Source: Bugula neritina (taxonomy: Eukaryota; Animalia; Bryozoa). From it: a DNA stretch of 64,000 nt. This document shows positions 1-13,098 of the stretch, in pieces. Within the stretch, counting starts at the first letter, position 1. Every line of letters starts with the position of its first letter. The stretch lies in assembly GCA_964035545.1 (NCBI GenBank), contig OZ037767.1:16151292-16215291 (forward strand). The letters are read 5' to 3'. Under the pieces are notes generated by a model. That model saw only the letters and a program-made list of their open reading frames with translations, searched no databases and was not told the origin of the DNA. The translations under genes were made by a program, and so were the position numbers.

Positions 1-372
1 ATACAAGGGAAGCGCTTAAAAAGCTGGAAAAAGCTGTGTGAATTTTTTAAAAAGCAAAACCCCTTTTAAGCCCAAATTCTACGCAAGGAGGAGCTCCCCT
101 AAGGTTGGAGCCACTGCTTTAAATTTTTTAACTACATTATTCCAAGTGCAGTGAATAATGAGCTAACCATGTGACATCTTTCTAGAATGTCCCTTTGTGT
201 AAATTAGTGCTAGAGAAAGGTCAGCTATGATCAACTCAGATAGCAATACTTGAGACAGAGTCCAACTGTTTAGTAATTACATAGTATGTGTATAGTGATA
301 CATCATCTACCTGTAGTCGCAGATAGTAGGTGTACAATATCATATCTAAAAGTATATTACTTTTATTAATAG

Positions 373-3300
373 TGTGGTTTTATGTATACAGAAGAGACAG
401 TAGCATTCCATGACTTGGCATCTTTGAGTGATTTGTCTTGTGAGTTACGAGAAAGTCTGACTGGTGGAATCGAGACTCTGTCTGAGAAAGTTGCAGAGTT
501 GAATGACATCTCAAAGGATGCTTGGAAAGAACTGAGTAAAATAGAAGATGAAGTGAAGAAGATGGTTGCCAGAGTAAACGCTGTAGCTGATGCTCAGGTA
601 TGCTGACATATGGTGATGTCATCTAATGTATTTCTGTTTGTCTGAAATTAGGTTTTGCATTTGGTCTTTCAGTTGTAATCAGAAATGAATTTCATTTGTC
701 ATTCAAATTAACTGGCCATTAAAGCATTATCATTCTGTGTGCAGGTAGCAGTAGTAATTCATCACATGTAAGCCTAGGGCTACACGGTGCGTATTTTCGC
801 ATGCGAAAGTTGAAATCACAAGTAGCAAAGGTGTCCACTGTACGCGTTGAGAAAACATTCGCACTTGTCGCTCAGCATTCTCAACGCAAGTGCGAATCGT
901 CTCTGTCGTCGTCACTTAATTGGCTGGTAGTTATTCAGCAGCCCAATTTCTTTATTTTAGTGCTACATTCCAGTACATTGCGTTTTATTAAAAGCGAGTG
1001 CGATTTAAAAATGAAAGCTTCATTTATCACGCACCACTGACGCTACAGTGGACACCTTTGCTACTTGTGATTTAATTTTCGCATGCGAAAATACGCACCG
1101 TGTGGCCCTAGGCTTACTCAGTGCAGAGGAACCTGCATGTCAATACAGATGACTCAATCATCCTTCTGCAACTGTCAATCAATCACTCAGAGAGAGGTTG
1201 GCTGTGTGAGTGATTGACAGGTGTCAGCAGGAGGAGACTAGTCACGTGATTTACTAGCCCTCTGCTGTGTATAATGAAGTGTCACATGACTGAGTCATTG
1301 TATTCTTAGTGGGTGGTTTGTCACTTTCATTTCAAGTGTAGAGGTTGTGAGGTTCAGAGGTGGTTATCCTGTGTTACTATTTATTAGATAGAAAAGATTA
1401 GAAAGAGAGCTACAAACCTGAGGCTAGAAATATATGGATATTTGAAGAGCTGCACACAGATAGTGGATAATTATAGAATAGAGCTGGCCTTGAGTAAGAC
1501 AATGGACAGACAGTCTCTGCTGGACACAGTACAACATGCAGTTGATAAGTTCAATGATGCAGGGATTGTGAGAGACTACAAAGAGATGAGTGGGAAGATG
1601 GAAAAGGCTACAGATCTTGGTGTAATAGAGAAGTGTGTACTTCCAGACAGCATCTTGGTACCAACATGTAGGTGGAGTCTATAAATAGTAACACCAACTA
1701 TAAATAACTTTCTGCTTGTAATCAGTTAAATTGCTTTCATTGAATATTTAAATAGGAGAATAAAGAGAAGCCTCTGATAATTCGAAAAGTTGATGGAATT
1801 TATTTATTAGAGAATTGAGTTTTGTTCTACTTTCACATTATGAGACATCTCTGCAGTGTTTCAGAGTTTATGATGTATGAGTGAGTTGCTAAAGTGTGTT
1901 ATGCTGACTACGTGCTGTAGGTATTACCAAAATATTCTCACTTAGACCTGTGCATTACGCAGCAACTTGTAGTAACTACAGACTGCTTGTATTTAAAATA
2001 TCTTTTCATTTCAAGTTTGAAAAGCTGTTCCCCACCTCCTCAGGTGATGAGATTCTCAAGTTATAGAATTGTTCTTTTGTTGTTGCAGACAGTGAAGACA
2101 GTCTGGGACTGAAGCTGCTGCAGCCACCATCTTTTCTACAGTTTGATGGACTTCCTGTACGTGGAACGTGTTACACAGTAAACATCTCAGCTGATGGACA
2201 TGTGTTGTGTCGGATACCAGTAGGTGTAGAAATAAGAAATAGAGACTCTCTGAATACTATAATCAGCTCGGTGAAGGACACCGACACTACAGAGTGGAGG
2301 GAGATAATCCAACCTGAAGGGGTGATGGTTGGCAGCTGGTATAACAAAAAGGAGAAAACAGCTGAAGTCTCACTTCTTGATCCGAACTCCTTCAAAAAGT
2401 CTCGCTCTGTCTACAAGCTGTCAGTAGATGTACCCTTTTACTGTAGAATTGCTCAGCACCACTCACTGCTCTATATTGTAGACAGGAGAGAGATTCAGCT
2501 GGTAGTCTGTAATCTAGTTGACAATAAAATACAGAACTTCCCACTTCCTGAGATAGATTACCCTGTACCTGTATGCATCCTCCCAGACTCAACTCTCCTC
2601 ATAGGAGACTTTGCTGAAGATGGTAAAGTGAGAAGGTATAAAGCGGAGAACACAACTCTCACTCTAATGTGGGAGTTCCCTCACATCTCATATCCATCTG
2701 GTATTTCCTTTGATCCAACATCTGAACTGATTCACATCTGTACATGGAGAGGACCTCTCCTCATCTTCTCACTTGAAGGTAAATACTGTGTTTATTATAG
2801 TAAGGTTAGTTATTTTATATATAATTATGCTGTAGTAAATAATATATTTTATTAATTAACAGTAAACAAATGCTACTCATAAGATATAATATCGTTAGTA
2901 TTTATCAAGTCAGTGATGTTACTTTTAGCTAAAAGTTATGTAATAAAGACTGTAACATGCTGATAGTAGATGTTACATTCTTCATCACATGACTTGTAGC
3001 TAATAATATTATTAGTGAATAATATTGTCTCCCTACAATAAGTTTATTTCCAGCTGCAGTAACATGCAGGATGTAAGCACAGGTAAAAGTGTATATTATA
3101 CTGTATAGGTTTAAGGTGTACTCTGTGTAGTGTGCAGTGAGCTCTTAGTAAACTCTCTATGTGATAATGGTGGAGTAGCTGCAGTAGTAGTTAGAAATAG
3201 ACTTGCATGTGAGTGTGTTCTTGCTAAAGACCGCAGGCTAAGTTTGTGGGTCAAGGTCAATACATTAGTATAATGAGACACTATTTTCTGCTCTGTTTGA

Positions 3301-6300
3301 ATATTTACTCCATGCATATAACCTGCTTAGCTCTATCTTTAGAGGAAGTCTGTCTGTTTCTCTTAAAGAATTCCTGACACACTTTACTTATATAGCATGA
3401 AAATATTCATCTATGTCTTAGCTATCATTTTAATACTCTTTTGGGGTTTCAGGTCTAAACAATTTTGTTTTATAACAGTTTTAGTGCATGCATGTCCAAA
3501 AAACTTCGAGAATTGTTTTCGCCCTTCTGTGACGTATTACACCGCAGTTGCGAGAAATAGATGGAAACGCCGCCTGTAAGACATTCGGAAAATAAGTATA
3601 GGCTATATTTTCCGTTGCATGTAACCTTAGTTTTAGCATTTTTAATTTATCGGACGTCTGTCTAGCCCCCAATTAGTGTTTTTTTGTGGAATTTAGGTTT
3701 TATTTCATAAACAAATTTCGCGGCAATAAAATATACATAGCTACCAACTTACCGTGTCCGAGTCTGTGCAGTGTAATTGTGATAAAGATAAACCTAATAC
3801 AGAAATAACATAAATACGATATCAATATGAACATATCTGGCTCTGACGAAGAATACTTAGAGCACAGTGAGAATCGCAATGAGTATGACTATGACAATCA
3901 CACTCACGCTGTCACTGAGATTTCTGAAGTAATGGGCTATCAGTTTGAGCCGTTTACGTATCAAGATGAAAATGGAGATGATAGTCATGACAAGGATTTT
4001 ACTGTTACTGATGAGCAACAGGTGATAATATTTATAATTTTACAGTATCAGTACGATTTAATTTTATAAACTATAGTGTTACTAATACCGTAATACTTAT
4101 ACTAATACTAATAGTAATACTTTAACTTTAAGTTATAAGTATAAGCTAGTATAACTATAAGTTATAAATTATTATAATTATAATATTTCATTTTCATTTT
4201 GTAATTGTAAATCCAATGCTCAATGCCAATGCTCGTATTGATCCTGGCTTAATTAGTTAATATAGCTGAGTTTTGTGCTACTAAAGCTTTAGAGCAAGCA
4301 TGATATCAAATTACAAGCTAAATATTTGATGATTGCTATCGGTTTATATAATATTATTAATAATAAAGTGATAATCATTAAATTTAATGATTACAAATTC
4401 CAGTCAAGTAATTAAATATTTGATCAATACTAATTTTGTTATTACTACTACCAATACAGGTATTAGTATTAATTATTTGTAGTTAGATTTACCTGATAAT
4501 TTAAGTCAAGGGAAAGACTGTATTTTTATAAATGCATAATAATGATAATTATTATTCACTTTTATTGTAATTGTGGTTATACCGATCCTTAACAAAATAA
4601 GTTAATCACATACATAATCATGTCAAACTTGCATTCACGATGATAGCATTTAGTATTTTATTTCTAAGCCCCCTATTTCTCTGAATTTCTGCTTTTATAG
4701 TATAACATATAGTACTAACAACAATAAAATGTTTTAAAATTTCTGAAAATTAGTTTATTTCATAGCAAAAATTATGAGTTTGTTTTAATATAAAAAATCT
4801 AATTAATTTTCAACTATAAATATAAAAATAGTTTGAACAGTAATGCAAACTTGGAATATTTTAAAACCCATGATTTTAAAGTATTTTCAAACTTCAGCCT
4901 CATTGGACTCAATTTTCAATACAAAGAAAAATACAGGAAACAAATTTAGACACAGTAATTCATGGACTTAATGTGGATGATACTGGTAATAACGTTTTTA
5001 GAAAAGCTTGTTTGTTTTGTAGAAAAATATAAGGCCAGCCACGGAGTGGTGCACTTGCCACCGCTGCCAAAATCAGCCTACAGTGGAACAGTCTGTTTGT
5101 TGCCGTGATCATGCTGCAAACCTTCGATTAGATAGCAGCATGGAATGTATAACACAGCACCCGGGAGTACAGCAATTGACGCAACCAGCTGTATTAGAAG
5201 TTGCATACAGCGGCTACCTGAGATATCATGGTTAGTCAATTGCTACTGTAGATCAGTAACTGTCATTGTTAGTTTTTCTAGATAGTCTTACTTGATTATT
5301 TAGCCAATCATTTATTTTGGTAGATGATTTGTTTGATGAGAAGGCCCATTCTCTCAACACTAAAAAAAGGTTCTGCAGCTACCGGTTTTTGGTGTTCTGG
5401 CTGTTTCCAGATATTAAAAAAGGTGAGAGACGCCCTCTACCAGCTTGCTTATATGATTGGGTGCAAGCTACATTCCTCCCAACTGGTGATGAGGAAGAAT
5501 TTGCTGAATGGATGTTCAGCAAATTCGTGTACAATGAAGATTTATGAACATTAACACTCTGGTGATTTTTAGTAGCAGTCAGTTGCTACTGCCTCTTGTA
5601 GTGTGTACAGCTTACTATGAGAATAAACCTCATTATTTGCAATCTCCCTGACCTTTGAAATTAATTTACCGTTGAGTTTGAGTTGCAATAATGGTGAATA
5701 TACTTCAATATGGTGACTATTTTTGCGCTGAACTTTTCAAGTGACTCTAAGATCATATTCTACAATGCTTGAATTTTGATTCAACAAATAGAATTTACTT
5801 CACTACTTAGTTATGTAGAGCAATCAGGTATTGCAATATTCCTAGTACACTAGAATATCTAATGCAATGTAATATAATATAATATAACAATATTGTTTTT
5901 ATGAAACTTTGTGACATAGTATAACTTTTTACATATTTTTACCAATATATTGTTTTATTTATTGCTATTTATTGTTTTCACATTGCTATTTATGGCTCTA
6001 ATAAAGTACCAACAAAACCAAACATGCAGCTGCTCTACAGTGAAAACGAATATTTACATTTCAATGGAAACTGAGACTACAAGTAGATATATTGTCCAAA
6101 TTTATTTTTGACACACCTTGAGGTGGAAAATTAAAAATAGTATTTCCATTACACAAAAATATTTGTTTTTTTTTTGTTGCATTAGAACATGCATTTTAAA
6201 TAAAAATAAATATGGAGAAAAGCTATGAATTCAGTTTTTGAGCTAAGTGAACAATACTATTTCGCCATATTTCTATATACCAGCATTGAACAGCTTTGCT

Positions 6301-8390
6301 TCTAATCTTTTTCTGCATCCTTTTAGGTGTTTGTACATATTTATTGTGTCCTATTCCTTTCTGTAGGCCCTTCTTTTCTGGCTTAAGATTGAGAGCTGGT
6401 TTTTTAGTTTGACTTGGCAAAGGTCTAAAATATTATTATATATGAAGGTAAATGGAAAAGTATTATTGAAACAGCTGCAGAAAATCTCAATTGCTGTCTA
6501 TATCATATTTCAATTTTATTGCTCAAGATCGCATTTTCAATATTATAATCCTTACAGAAAACCAGGGTCTGATCTTTTTAACCAGCGAGCTTCTTTAGGT
6601 GTGATAGTGGCCGCCTGCTGACTTTGTTTCCGAGGAGTTAATGGAGTGCATCCAGTTGCACCCTCAGTTTCCACTAAATGAATAGTTGGGACTGCTGTTT
6701 TCTCTAAATGCAATCTAAAGAGTAAATCAAAGACAATGAATTTTTATTCTTTCAATAAGCTAAGTGAACAATATTTACCATTAATTTTTACTGGTATTGA
6801 TGATGGGCACCATTACCAGTATCATACTCATAGCATGAGTATCAGTGCGTATGAATCATAATATTAATGGTATGTATCCAAGTGACTATGACACATTCTG
6901 ATAATCATAAGTCTTTCATATTATCGCCATTATAAATGAATTTCCTTACAATAATGGTTATCGTGTAAATCATAAATGCAAACTTGTACTTGCAAGTTTA
7001 TGTCATAGTCACATGAAATTGAATCAACACGGTCATGACAATCCTATTGACTTATACCAACTTGTAGTAATACTTAATAGTTATAGCTATACTTATTGTT
7101 GAAAATCAACATTAAAAAAACTATCATTATCGTCTAATTTTATCACAATCACTAAGTCAGTATCACTATGAGTTTGAGTGAGTTATTCACTTACATGTTA
7201 ATGAGTTTTGCTTTATACCTGCCCATATTTGTAAATTGTTCATCACCAAAATGCTGAAAACACAAACGAGAGTTGTTATCAGGCAGAAAGTTTTTTCTTT
7301 TCGTATTGACAAACTTGGTCCATTTTTCACCACACACACTCACAGTATCAGCAGGCCATTTAAACATGGGTTTTTCCTTGTACGAACACATTGCAGCTTC
7401 ACACACTCTTCTTTTGCATTTGCCTTTAGAACTTGAAGCCATTCGTGTAGTCATGTCGACAGTAAGTGCAAGTGTAACTAGTAATATAGGTAATAAGTTT
7501 GTTCATTAGAGTCCAATGGCAATATGAATATGAAATCGAATTTATATAGATAGCGAGCGACTACTACTAGTAGTAGTGTAGTAGTAGTACTACTAGGCAC
7601 AGGTTATATTGGTAATATCCGGTTACGGTAATGATAATCTATTTGGAAGCGTAATAAGTTACATAATTGAATATGCAATTATTTGTAATGTTTTATAGAA
7701 AAGTTTGCCACTCGTTGGATTTAGCTAATTTCTTTTAACAATATCGTGTTATCACCGTACTTAGCCACCCGTTCTAATTACATCGTGAGGGTGAGGCTAT
7801 TTCATTTTTCCGATGTTCAAAATTTCTAACGGAAGTAACTTTAGCTTCTAATATCAATAATAAAATGGTATCATTTGTTTTTTTCATTGAGCATTAGTTG
7901 TACTCTGTGTTTTAAAATTTATGTCAGTATAGTGATTTATCTGTGTGTTGCAGTGGCTAAAAATAACACGCTGCGAAAGTATGCAATTATTACTATTAGT
8001 TATATAGTAACTAGGACTCGAAGCAGACCGGAAACCGGTGTAATACGTGTGCACTGAGAGCTTAGAAATCCGAAAGTTTTTTGGACATGCATGCACTAAA
8101 GTTGTTATAAAATGAAATAGTATAGCCATCCACCCTTAAAGGGATGCTTAATTGATAGCTAAGATATAGATGAATATTTTCATGCTATATAAGTAAAGTG
8201 TGTCAGGGATTCTTTAATACACACCAACTGATACAATATGATGCTATTATTTACAGGTCAACTGGTGCTTACAGTTCCCAGAGAAAGTCTTGGTGTGAGT
8301 GGCTGGGTGCTGGACATTGCTGTGTATAACAGAGACACAGTGTTTCTAGCAAGTGGAGACGGACTGAGGAGATGCACAATAAAATACTAA
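373..8390 (+). CDS. TRIM-family protein, copy 1 (3' part: coiled-coil and NHL-like beta-propeller); 5' exons lie upstream of the window
   Basis: Phase-consistent GT-AG exons 373-597, 1388-1667, 2089-2778, 8257-8390 (TAA). Heptad-rich helical segment followed by propeller-like repeats (PVCILPDSTLLIGD, PSGISFDPTSELIHIC, VLDIAVYNRDTVFLAS). The paralog at 22.7-24.7 kb shares the last exon and has RING+B-box exons. AATAAA at 8683. First acceptor position is uncertain. Confidence 0.8.
771..1114. mobile_element. MITE (non-autonomous DNA transposon) in a TRIM intron
   Basis: About 70-bp terminal inverted repeats AGCCTAGGGCTACACGGTGCGTATTTTCGCATGCGAAA...; TA flanks both ends (769-770, 1115-1116). Superfamily unresolved. 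Confidence 0.85.
3827..5547 (+). CDS. KolX-like / P2X7 cytoplasmic ballast (Zn-coordinating Cys) domain protein, 208 aa, 3 exons
   Basis: Exons 3827-4021, 5023-5230, 5324-5547 splice in frame (627 nt). Motifs YQFEP, WCTCHRCQNQPT..SVCC, CITQHP, KRFCSYRFLVFW..GERRPLPAC. Confidence 0.82.
6223..7454 (-). CDS. THAP-domain protein, 206 aa, 3 exons (transposase N-terminus without DDE domain)
   Basis: Exons 7454-7195, 6714-6556, 6424-6223 splice in frame (621 nt). C-x4-C...FKWP...W...LCFQHF...AVPTI THAP signature; basic C-terminus. Confidence 0.82.
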
Positions 8391-10075
8391 ACTTATCAGC
8401 TACAGTTTACTAATAATCAGCTCAGTGAGGTACTGAGAGAGAAAATGGATAATATTTGTCATCAGCATAATTATATTCATTACAATTCAATACACACACT
8501 AATGATAGTGTCAGGTATATTATATCGTGTGTTTCATTTACACTGTAATTATACTTTTTTATATTATTATATATTCAACAGAACTAGCACTGCTTATATG
8601 CATTATTATATGTTAATTGTCATGAATTGTAGTTATTTAAGATATTTGACTGTATAAAATATGTGTTGCTATTTTACTATCTAATAAAGGTTATTTGTTA
8701 GTGAAAAGATATTTTGTTTTCATGCCTCATATTAGCTTTAATTCAAGTTGAGTTTGGTTACTAAGGAATAATCTTTACTGGAGCAGTAACTGTAAATGAC
8801 TCATCTGTGGGAGAATGCATTCACTGAATTGACATGCAGGTGAAAGTAACTCCAACATGACTGTAGGCAAGTTTTTCCAAACATATATAAAATACATTTT
8901 ATTGCTGTGTATACAACAGCATTGAGTAGCCAATCAAATTGCTTCTTGCCATGCATTCAGGAAGCTGATAAATAATATATAAGGCAATCAACTAGATATA
9001 AACACTTTGGTACTCTACACATGAGCTGTCTGTAATGCAGTTGCTTTGTAAAATGTATTTCATTTGATAAGTTCAATTCAACTGGTTGCAGTTTAATTAT
9101 GACATGTTCCCTATTCACCTGGTAGAAATACTGTTCATATCTGTACTAACACTATCAAGAACAAGCATGAGGAATCCAAAGTTTTTACATAATATTTATT
9201 TACATGATGGGAAAAGAAGTTTACATTTCAGCGCATCTGTTTCAGCAACATCTCAAGTAGATATCAGCGTATTGACAGGCAAAGAAATCAAGTTGCTATG
9301 TTGACCACCAAACAAATCCCATACATAAGATAATGAGCCAACTCTCACACAATGTCATATAATAGTATATGATATAAATAATAAGCAATGCAATAATGGA
9401 GAAGGTAAAACAATATTTACAACAAGGTACAGCAATAGGTAGGATGAAATATAGATTGTGATGTATTATAAAGTGTATTAGCTACAGCCATTAATGTTAA
9501 TAGGTCATTTTATAGATACTCTGAAATTTAATTTATTGGCTTTCTATCTTATTGATGGTTGAATGTTCCGGAAAATGTTATCTGCAGCAAATATATTACC
9601 ATACAAGTTGAAGAAAGAATATCTGCAGCAAAATCTCATTTCATGATGGAGTTTATTCGTTTATACTCCTTGTTATACTCTTTCATGTTAAACTCAGCCT
9701 CAAACCTTTCCCTCCATTCGCACACAGAAGGTATCCTTGTATATTCTGGAGAGGAGAAAACTCCATATAATAATTTCATTATTCTCGTTACTCCAAATAG
9801 TATAACAGCAATATGAATACATGTGATGCAGCTCCTCGCCATCAAACTTATTATTAAAACATAAACTGCTGGTTATAGAACAATTCCTAATACCAGTGAG
9901 AAAACTTGTGCCAGCTACAAGCCTACCTGTGCAAATTGAACATGGCTGGTTGGGTTGCCAAAGCTGGCCGTTGTATGTGACAAGCATGTAGTTTTGGAAG
10001 AGTAGAGTGTACACCGTGCCCAGTATTCCAAACAGATCCGTCTGAAATATGCATGATACTGCTGGGAATACAGTG

Positions 10076-10218
10076 TCAGTAATACAGTAATACTAGCTGA
10101 GTAATACAGTAATACTAGCTGAGTAATACAGTAATACTAATTGAGTAATACAGTAATACTAACTGAGTAAAACAGTAATACTAGGTAAGTAATACAGTAG
10201 TACTATAGCTGAGTAATA
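10076..10218. repeat. 22-bp minisatellite (TAGCTGAGTAATACAGTAATAC), about 6 copies
   Basis: Direct tandem units; same intron as the longer array at 31265-31985. Confidence 0.9.
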
Positions 10219-10392
10219 CGAGACAGTACCTGGTAAGTCCAGGGTCTCTGTGTCTTCATCTCGATGCACATGAACCCTTCGGTCTCGTTCCTCGAATAAA
10301 CTTAGACATGTCAATACCTCTGCCAAAGTCTATCAGCTTTATGCTGGATGAGGAGAACGGCTTTTCGGGAAAAACTTCGGGACTACACGGGG

Positions 10393-10828
10393 TAGAGTAT
10401 ACAGTGTAGAGTATACAGAGTAGAGTATACAGAGTAGAGTATACAGTGTATACAGAGTGTATACAGTGTGTATACAGTGTGTACAGAGTGTACAGAGTGT
10501 ACAGAGTGTACAGAGTGTACAGAGTGTACAGAGTGTACAGAGTGTACAGAGTGTACAGAGTGTACAGAGTGTACAGAGTGTACAGAGTGTACAGAGTGTA
10601 CAGAGTGTACAGAGTGTACAGAGTGTACAGAGTGTACAGAGTGTACAGAGTGTACAGAGTGTACAGAGTGTACAGAGTGTACAGAGTGTACAGAGTGTAC
10701 AGAGTAGAGTATACAGAGTAGAGTATACAGAGTATACAGAGTAGAGTATACAGAGTAGAGTATACAGAGTAGAGTATACAGAGTAGAGTATACAGAGTAG
10801 AGTATACAGAGTAGAGTATACAGAGTAT
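10393..10828. repeat. Compound minisatellite: 14-bp TAGAGTATACAGAG flanking a 9-bp GTGTACAGA core
   Basis: Tandem units; source of the spurious repetitive ORFs. Confidence 0.95.
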
Positions 10829-11354
10829 AACGACACTTACAACCCACAGAAGAGGATGTTGTCTGGCTTGATGTCTCCATGAATTATCTTACAGCGATGC
10901 ATGACCTCTACAGCATGCAGTAGCTCGATGGTGACGTACATGACTAACGACTCCGGCATCTGTAAACAGTAGACGTAGACATGACTGAGCAGTGAGCAAA
11001 GTACAGTGCAACTCATGAACTGAACAGCCAATGAGAATACAGACACACGCCAAACAGCCAATAAGAACGCAGCTTACTTTACAAGAGTTGGCCTTCATGC
11101 CGTTGACGAGGTTGAGAAGAGAGCCGAGGGGCACCAGTTCGTTGACCATGAGGGATCCGTCGGAGAAGAAGACGGAGTGGGTGATGTCCATCAGCTTGCT
11201 GCCGATATCTCTCTCGATGTCTTCGTCCATGTAGAATACTCGCTGCCGCAACTCCTTGCAGATGTACAGCTCCCACGGGCAGCTCGGCTTCTGTGCCTTC
11301 ACACACACATCGTCACTCTCGGAGTAAGCCTGGAGACTTTACCTGCATAGAGAG

Positions 11355-11492
11355 ACATACTAGTGTAATATAAACATATTCTGGTAATATAAACATAGAC
11401 TAGTAATATATACATATACTAGTAATATAAACATATACTAGCAATGTAAACATATACTAGTAATATAAACATATACTAGTCATATAAACATA
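11355..11492. repeat. 19-bp minisatellite (TAGTAATATAAACATATAC), about 7 copies
   Basis: Tandem units; paralog of 33165-33580. Confidence 0.9.
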
Positions 11493-11824
11493 CCCAAGCT
11501 GGTGGATCTGTCGGCAGAAGTGTCGATAGCCTTGTAGGCAATGGCGAAACCCCCAACACCTACAAACACCGTGACAAGTAAATATGAAATCTTGAACTTT
11601 TCTCCAAATGTTTGGATAAGAATATTTGCATATTCAAAGGTTTTTCATCACCACTTGGAGTTTTGTTTTAATATAAAATGTCCCAAGTAGTTGGCCTAGG
11701 TTTATATATTAACCAATCACATGCATCCGTTACTGCATTTGCTCAACCTAGTTCCTTCTGAGGTAAAGGGCTTTATCCAGGAGGTAGGGTTCTTCCAAGG
11801 GTAGTTGACCTAGTTTTATGTTGA

Positions 11825-11862
11825 CCAATCAAATTCGAACACATTTGATTGTGACTATAAAT
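11825..11862 (+). promoter_or_regulatory. CCAAT + TATA promoter of INSM/Nerfin-like copy 1
   Basis: CCAAT 11825, TATAAAT 11856, then ATG 11940 and a G|GTGAGT donor; conserved in all three copies. Confidence 0.6.
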
Positions 11863-12574
11863 ACAGCAGTGTGATCTGTTAAGATTCAGTCTACAACTTA
11901 TCTGTGTAACACATCTGAATCTGAACTCTATTCTCCACAATGAGCAGCAACAACACATTTGGTGAGTGACTATGCATACAATACTTGTATTTATATAATT
12001 TAAAAGAATATTCTATCTTGAAATTTTGCAACTAAATTATATCAAAGAGTAAATAAAAACATTCTCATCATTATAGTTTAAAAATCTTTTTTAATGTTTT
12101 TCTATTTTTAAAATGTAACTATCACTAAAGTCACAAAGTCCCATAACTCTACACCAGATGTTAAATGTAGCTCAGAACTCTGTGGAGATATTGACTCGAT
12201 GTAAGTGTTACTAGTTATTTGCTTCTATTTTACTTTCAGAAAAAACTGTTGGAAATTCAAATTTTTCACTGATCAAAAAAGAATTATTGCTTATAGAAAA
12301 GTTATCGTATACGATTTCAACTTTTCTGTACTACATTTTGACTTTCAACGTAATTTCTTTCAAGAATTAGATTGGATGCTTGCTATTATTATTATTATTG
12401 AACTATTTTTGGAAAAAATAATATTTAATTACAAAAAATAATAAAATATTTGTAAGCGTTTTGTCTATTATAGGTTATCTGCAGACGCATGATGATATAA
12501 ATAAATGAGTCGACTACAGCAAATCAATCTAGCTTTGCCGGCTAAAGTTTTGTAAGCTATGCCTGCATTGGGCT

Positions 12575-12845
12575 GTTATTTTACCTGCATGCAGGCACAA
12601 TGTAGTAGTTATCATTTTACTTGCTGCATATGGCTCAATGTTGGGCTATTTTTTACCAGCAGGTATAACAATGTTGGGCTATTACTTTACCTGCAAATAT
12701 AACAATGTTTAAGCTACCTATTATTTTACCTGCAGGTACAATGTCATAGACTATTATTCTATCTGCAGGTACAATGTCATAGACTATTATTTTACCTGCA
12801 GTTACAATGTCATAGACTATTATTCTATCTGCAGGTATAATGTGC
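12575..12845 (+). repeat. About 33-bp tandem repeat built from a splice acceptor
   Basis: Units GACTATTATTTTACCTGCAGGTACAATGTCATA; exact 33-bp period at 12736/12769/12802/12835, degenerate upstream. Confidence 0.85.
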
Positions 12846-13045
12846 TGGACAAATCGGAAGAATCTAAGAGGAAGTTGACGAACATCAAGAACGTAATAGG
12901 AGACTATATCTGTAGGCTGTGTGACACCAAGTATGCATGTGTGTATGACCTGGCTGAACACAGATGTCCGAGCATCATCTACATAGAGTACAAGTGTCCT
13001 GAGTGCTCAAAAGGTTAGAGATCATGTAGTGTTAAGTTCACCCAC

Positions 13046-13098
13046 TAGCAGTTGTAGTGCAAAGGTTAGGGCACTTGCTTGGAAGCTGGCGGTCTGCG
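13046..13098 (+). mobile_element. tRNA-derived SINE head
   Basis: A-box-like TAGTGCAAAGG and B-box GGTTCAAATCC at tRNA-like spacing; no good cloverleaf. Confidence 0.55.

Larger units (their letters stand above)
3367..8213. mobile_element. Kolobok-like DNA transposon, non-autonomous (4847 bp)
   Basis: TTAA TSD at 3363-3366 and 8214-8217; about 60-bp TIR starting AGAAT(T/C)CCTGACACACTTTAC with 2 mismatches, plus imperfect subterminal IR to about 180 bp; empty site in the paralogous intron (24530-24533). TTAA TSD, RR termini, THAP gene and P2X7-tail-like second gene match Kolobok. Confidence 0.88.
9636..11559 (-). pseudogene. BUB1: BUB1 kinase-domain pseudogene (duplicate of the last six exons)
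   Basis: Highly similar to 30758-33649 but with a net 22-nt deletion (~11332), a 19-nt deletion (~10289), a 5-nt duplication (~9950) and a 56-nt deletion (~9737), all frameshifting; similarity breaks off at ~11585. Confidence 0.9.

Noticed and set aside
1-116. Possible right end of a hAT-type MITE (ends CCACTG)
   Set aside because: Left end and TSD lie outside the window and cannot be verified.
3367-8213. piggyBac assignment based on the TTAA TSD
   Set aside because: Termini start AG rather than CC(C/Y), and the gene content (THAP + P2X7-tail-like) fits Kolobok.
10339-10880. Long repetitive ORFs (CTL/VHS/TEC repeats), also at 31926-32665 and 37726-38804
   Set aside because: Translations of intronic minisatellites; only the non-repetitive ends correspond to real BUB1 exons.
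11773-11958. Cys-rich minus-strand ORF present three times (also 18096-18350, 63598-63804)
   Set aside because: Antisense to the TATA promoter and first exon of the INSM-like gene; its length varies between copies and recurrence is explained by the triplication.
12240-12300. Phase-compatible candidate replacement exon 2 for INSM-like copy 1
   Set aside because: Weak donor (AA|GTTATC), no similarity to the exon at 18779-18908; likely chance.
13046-13098. Possible tRNA genes (also ~23987 and ~57645)
   Set aside because: A/B-box-like motifs present but the stems do not pair into a cloverleaf; treated as SINE-like remnants.
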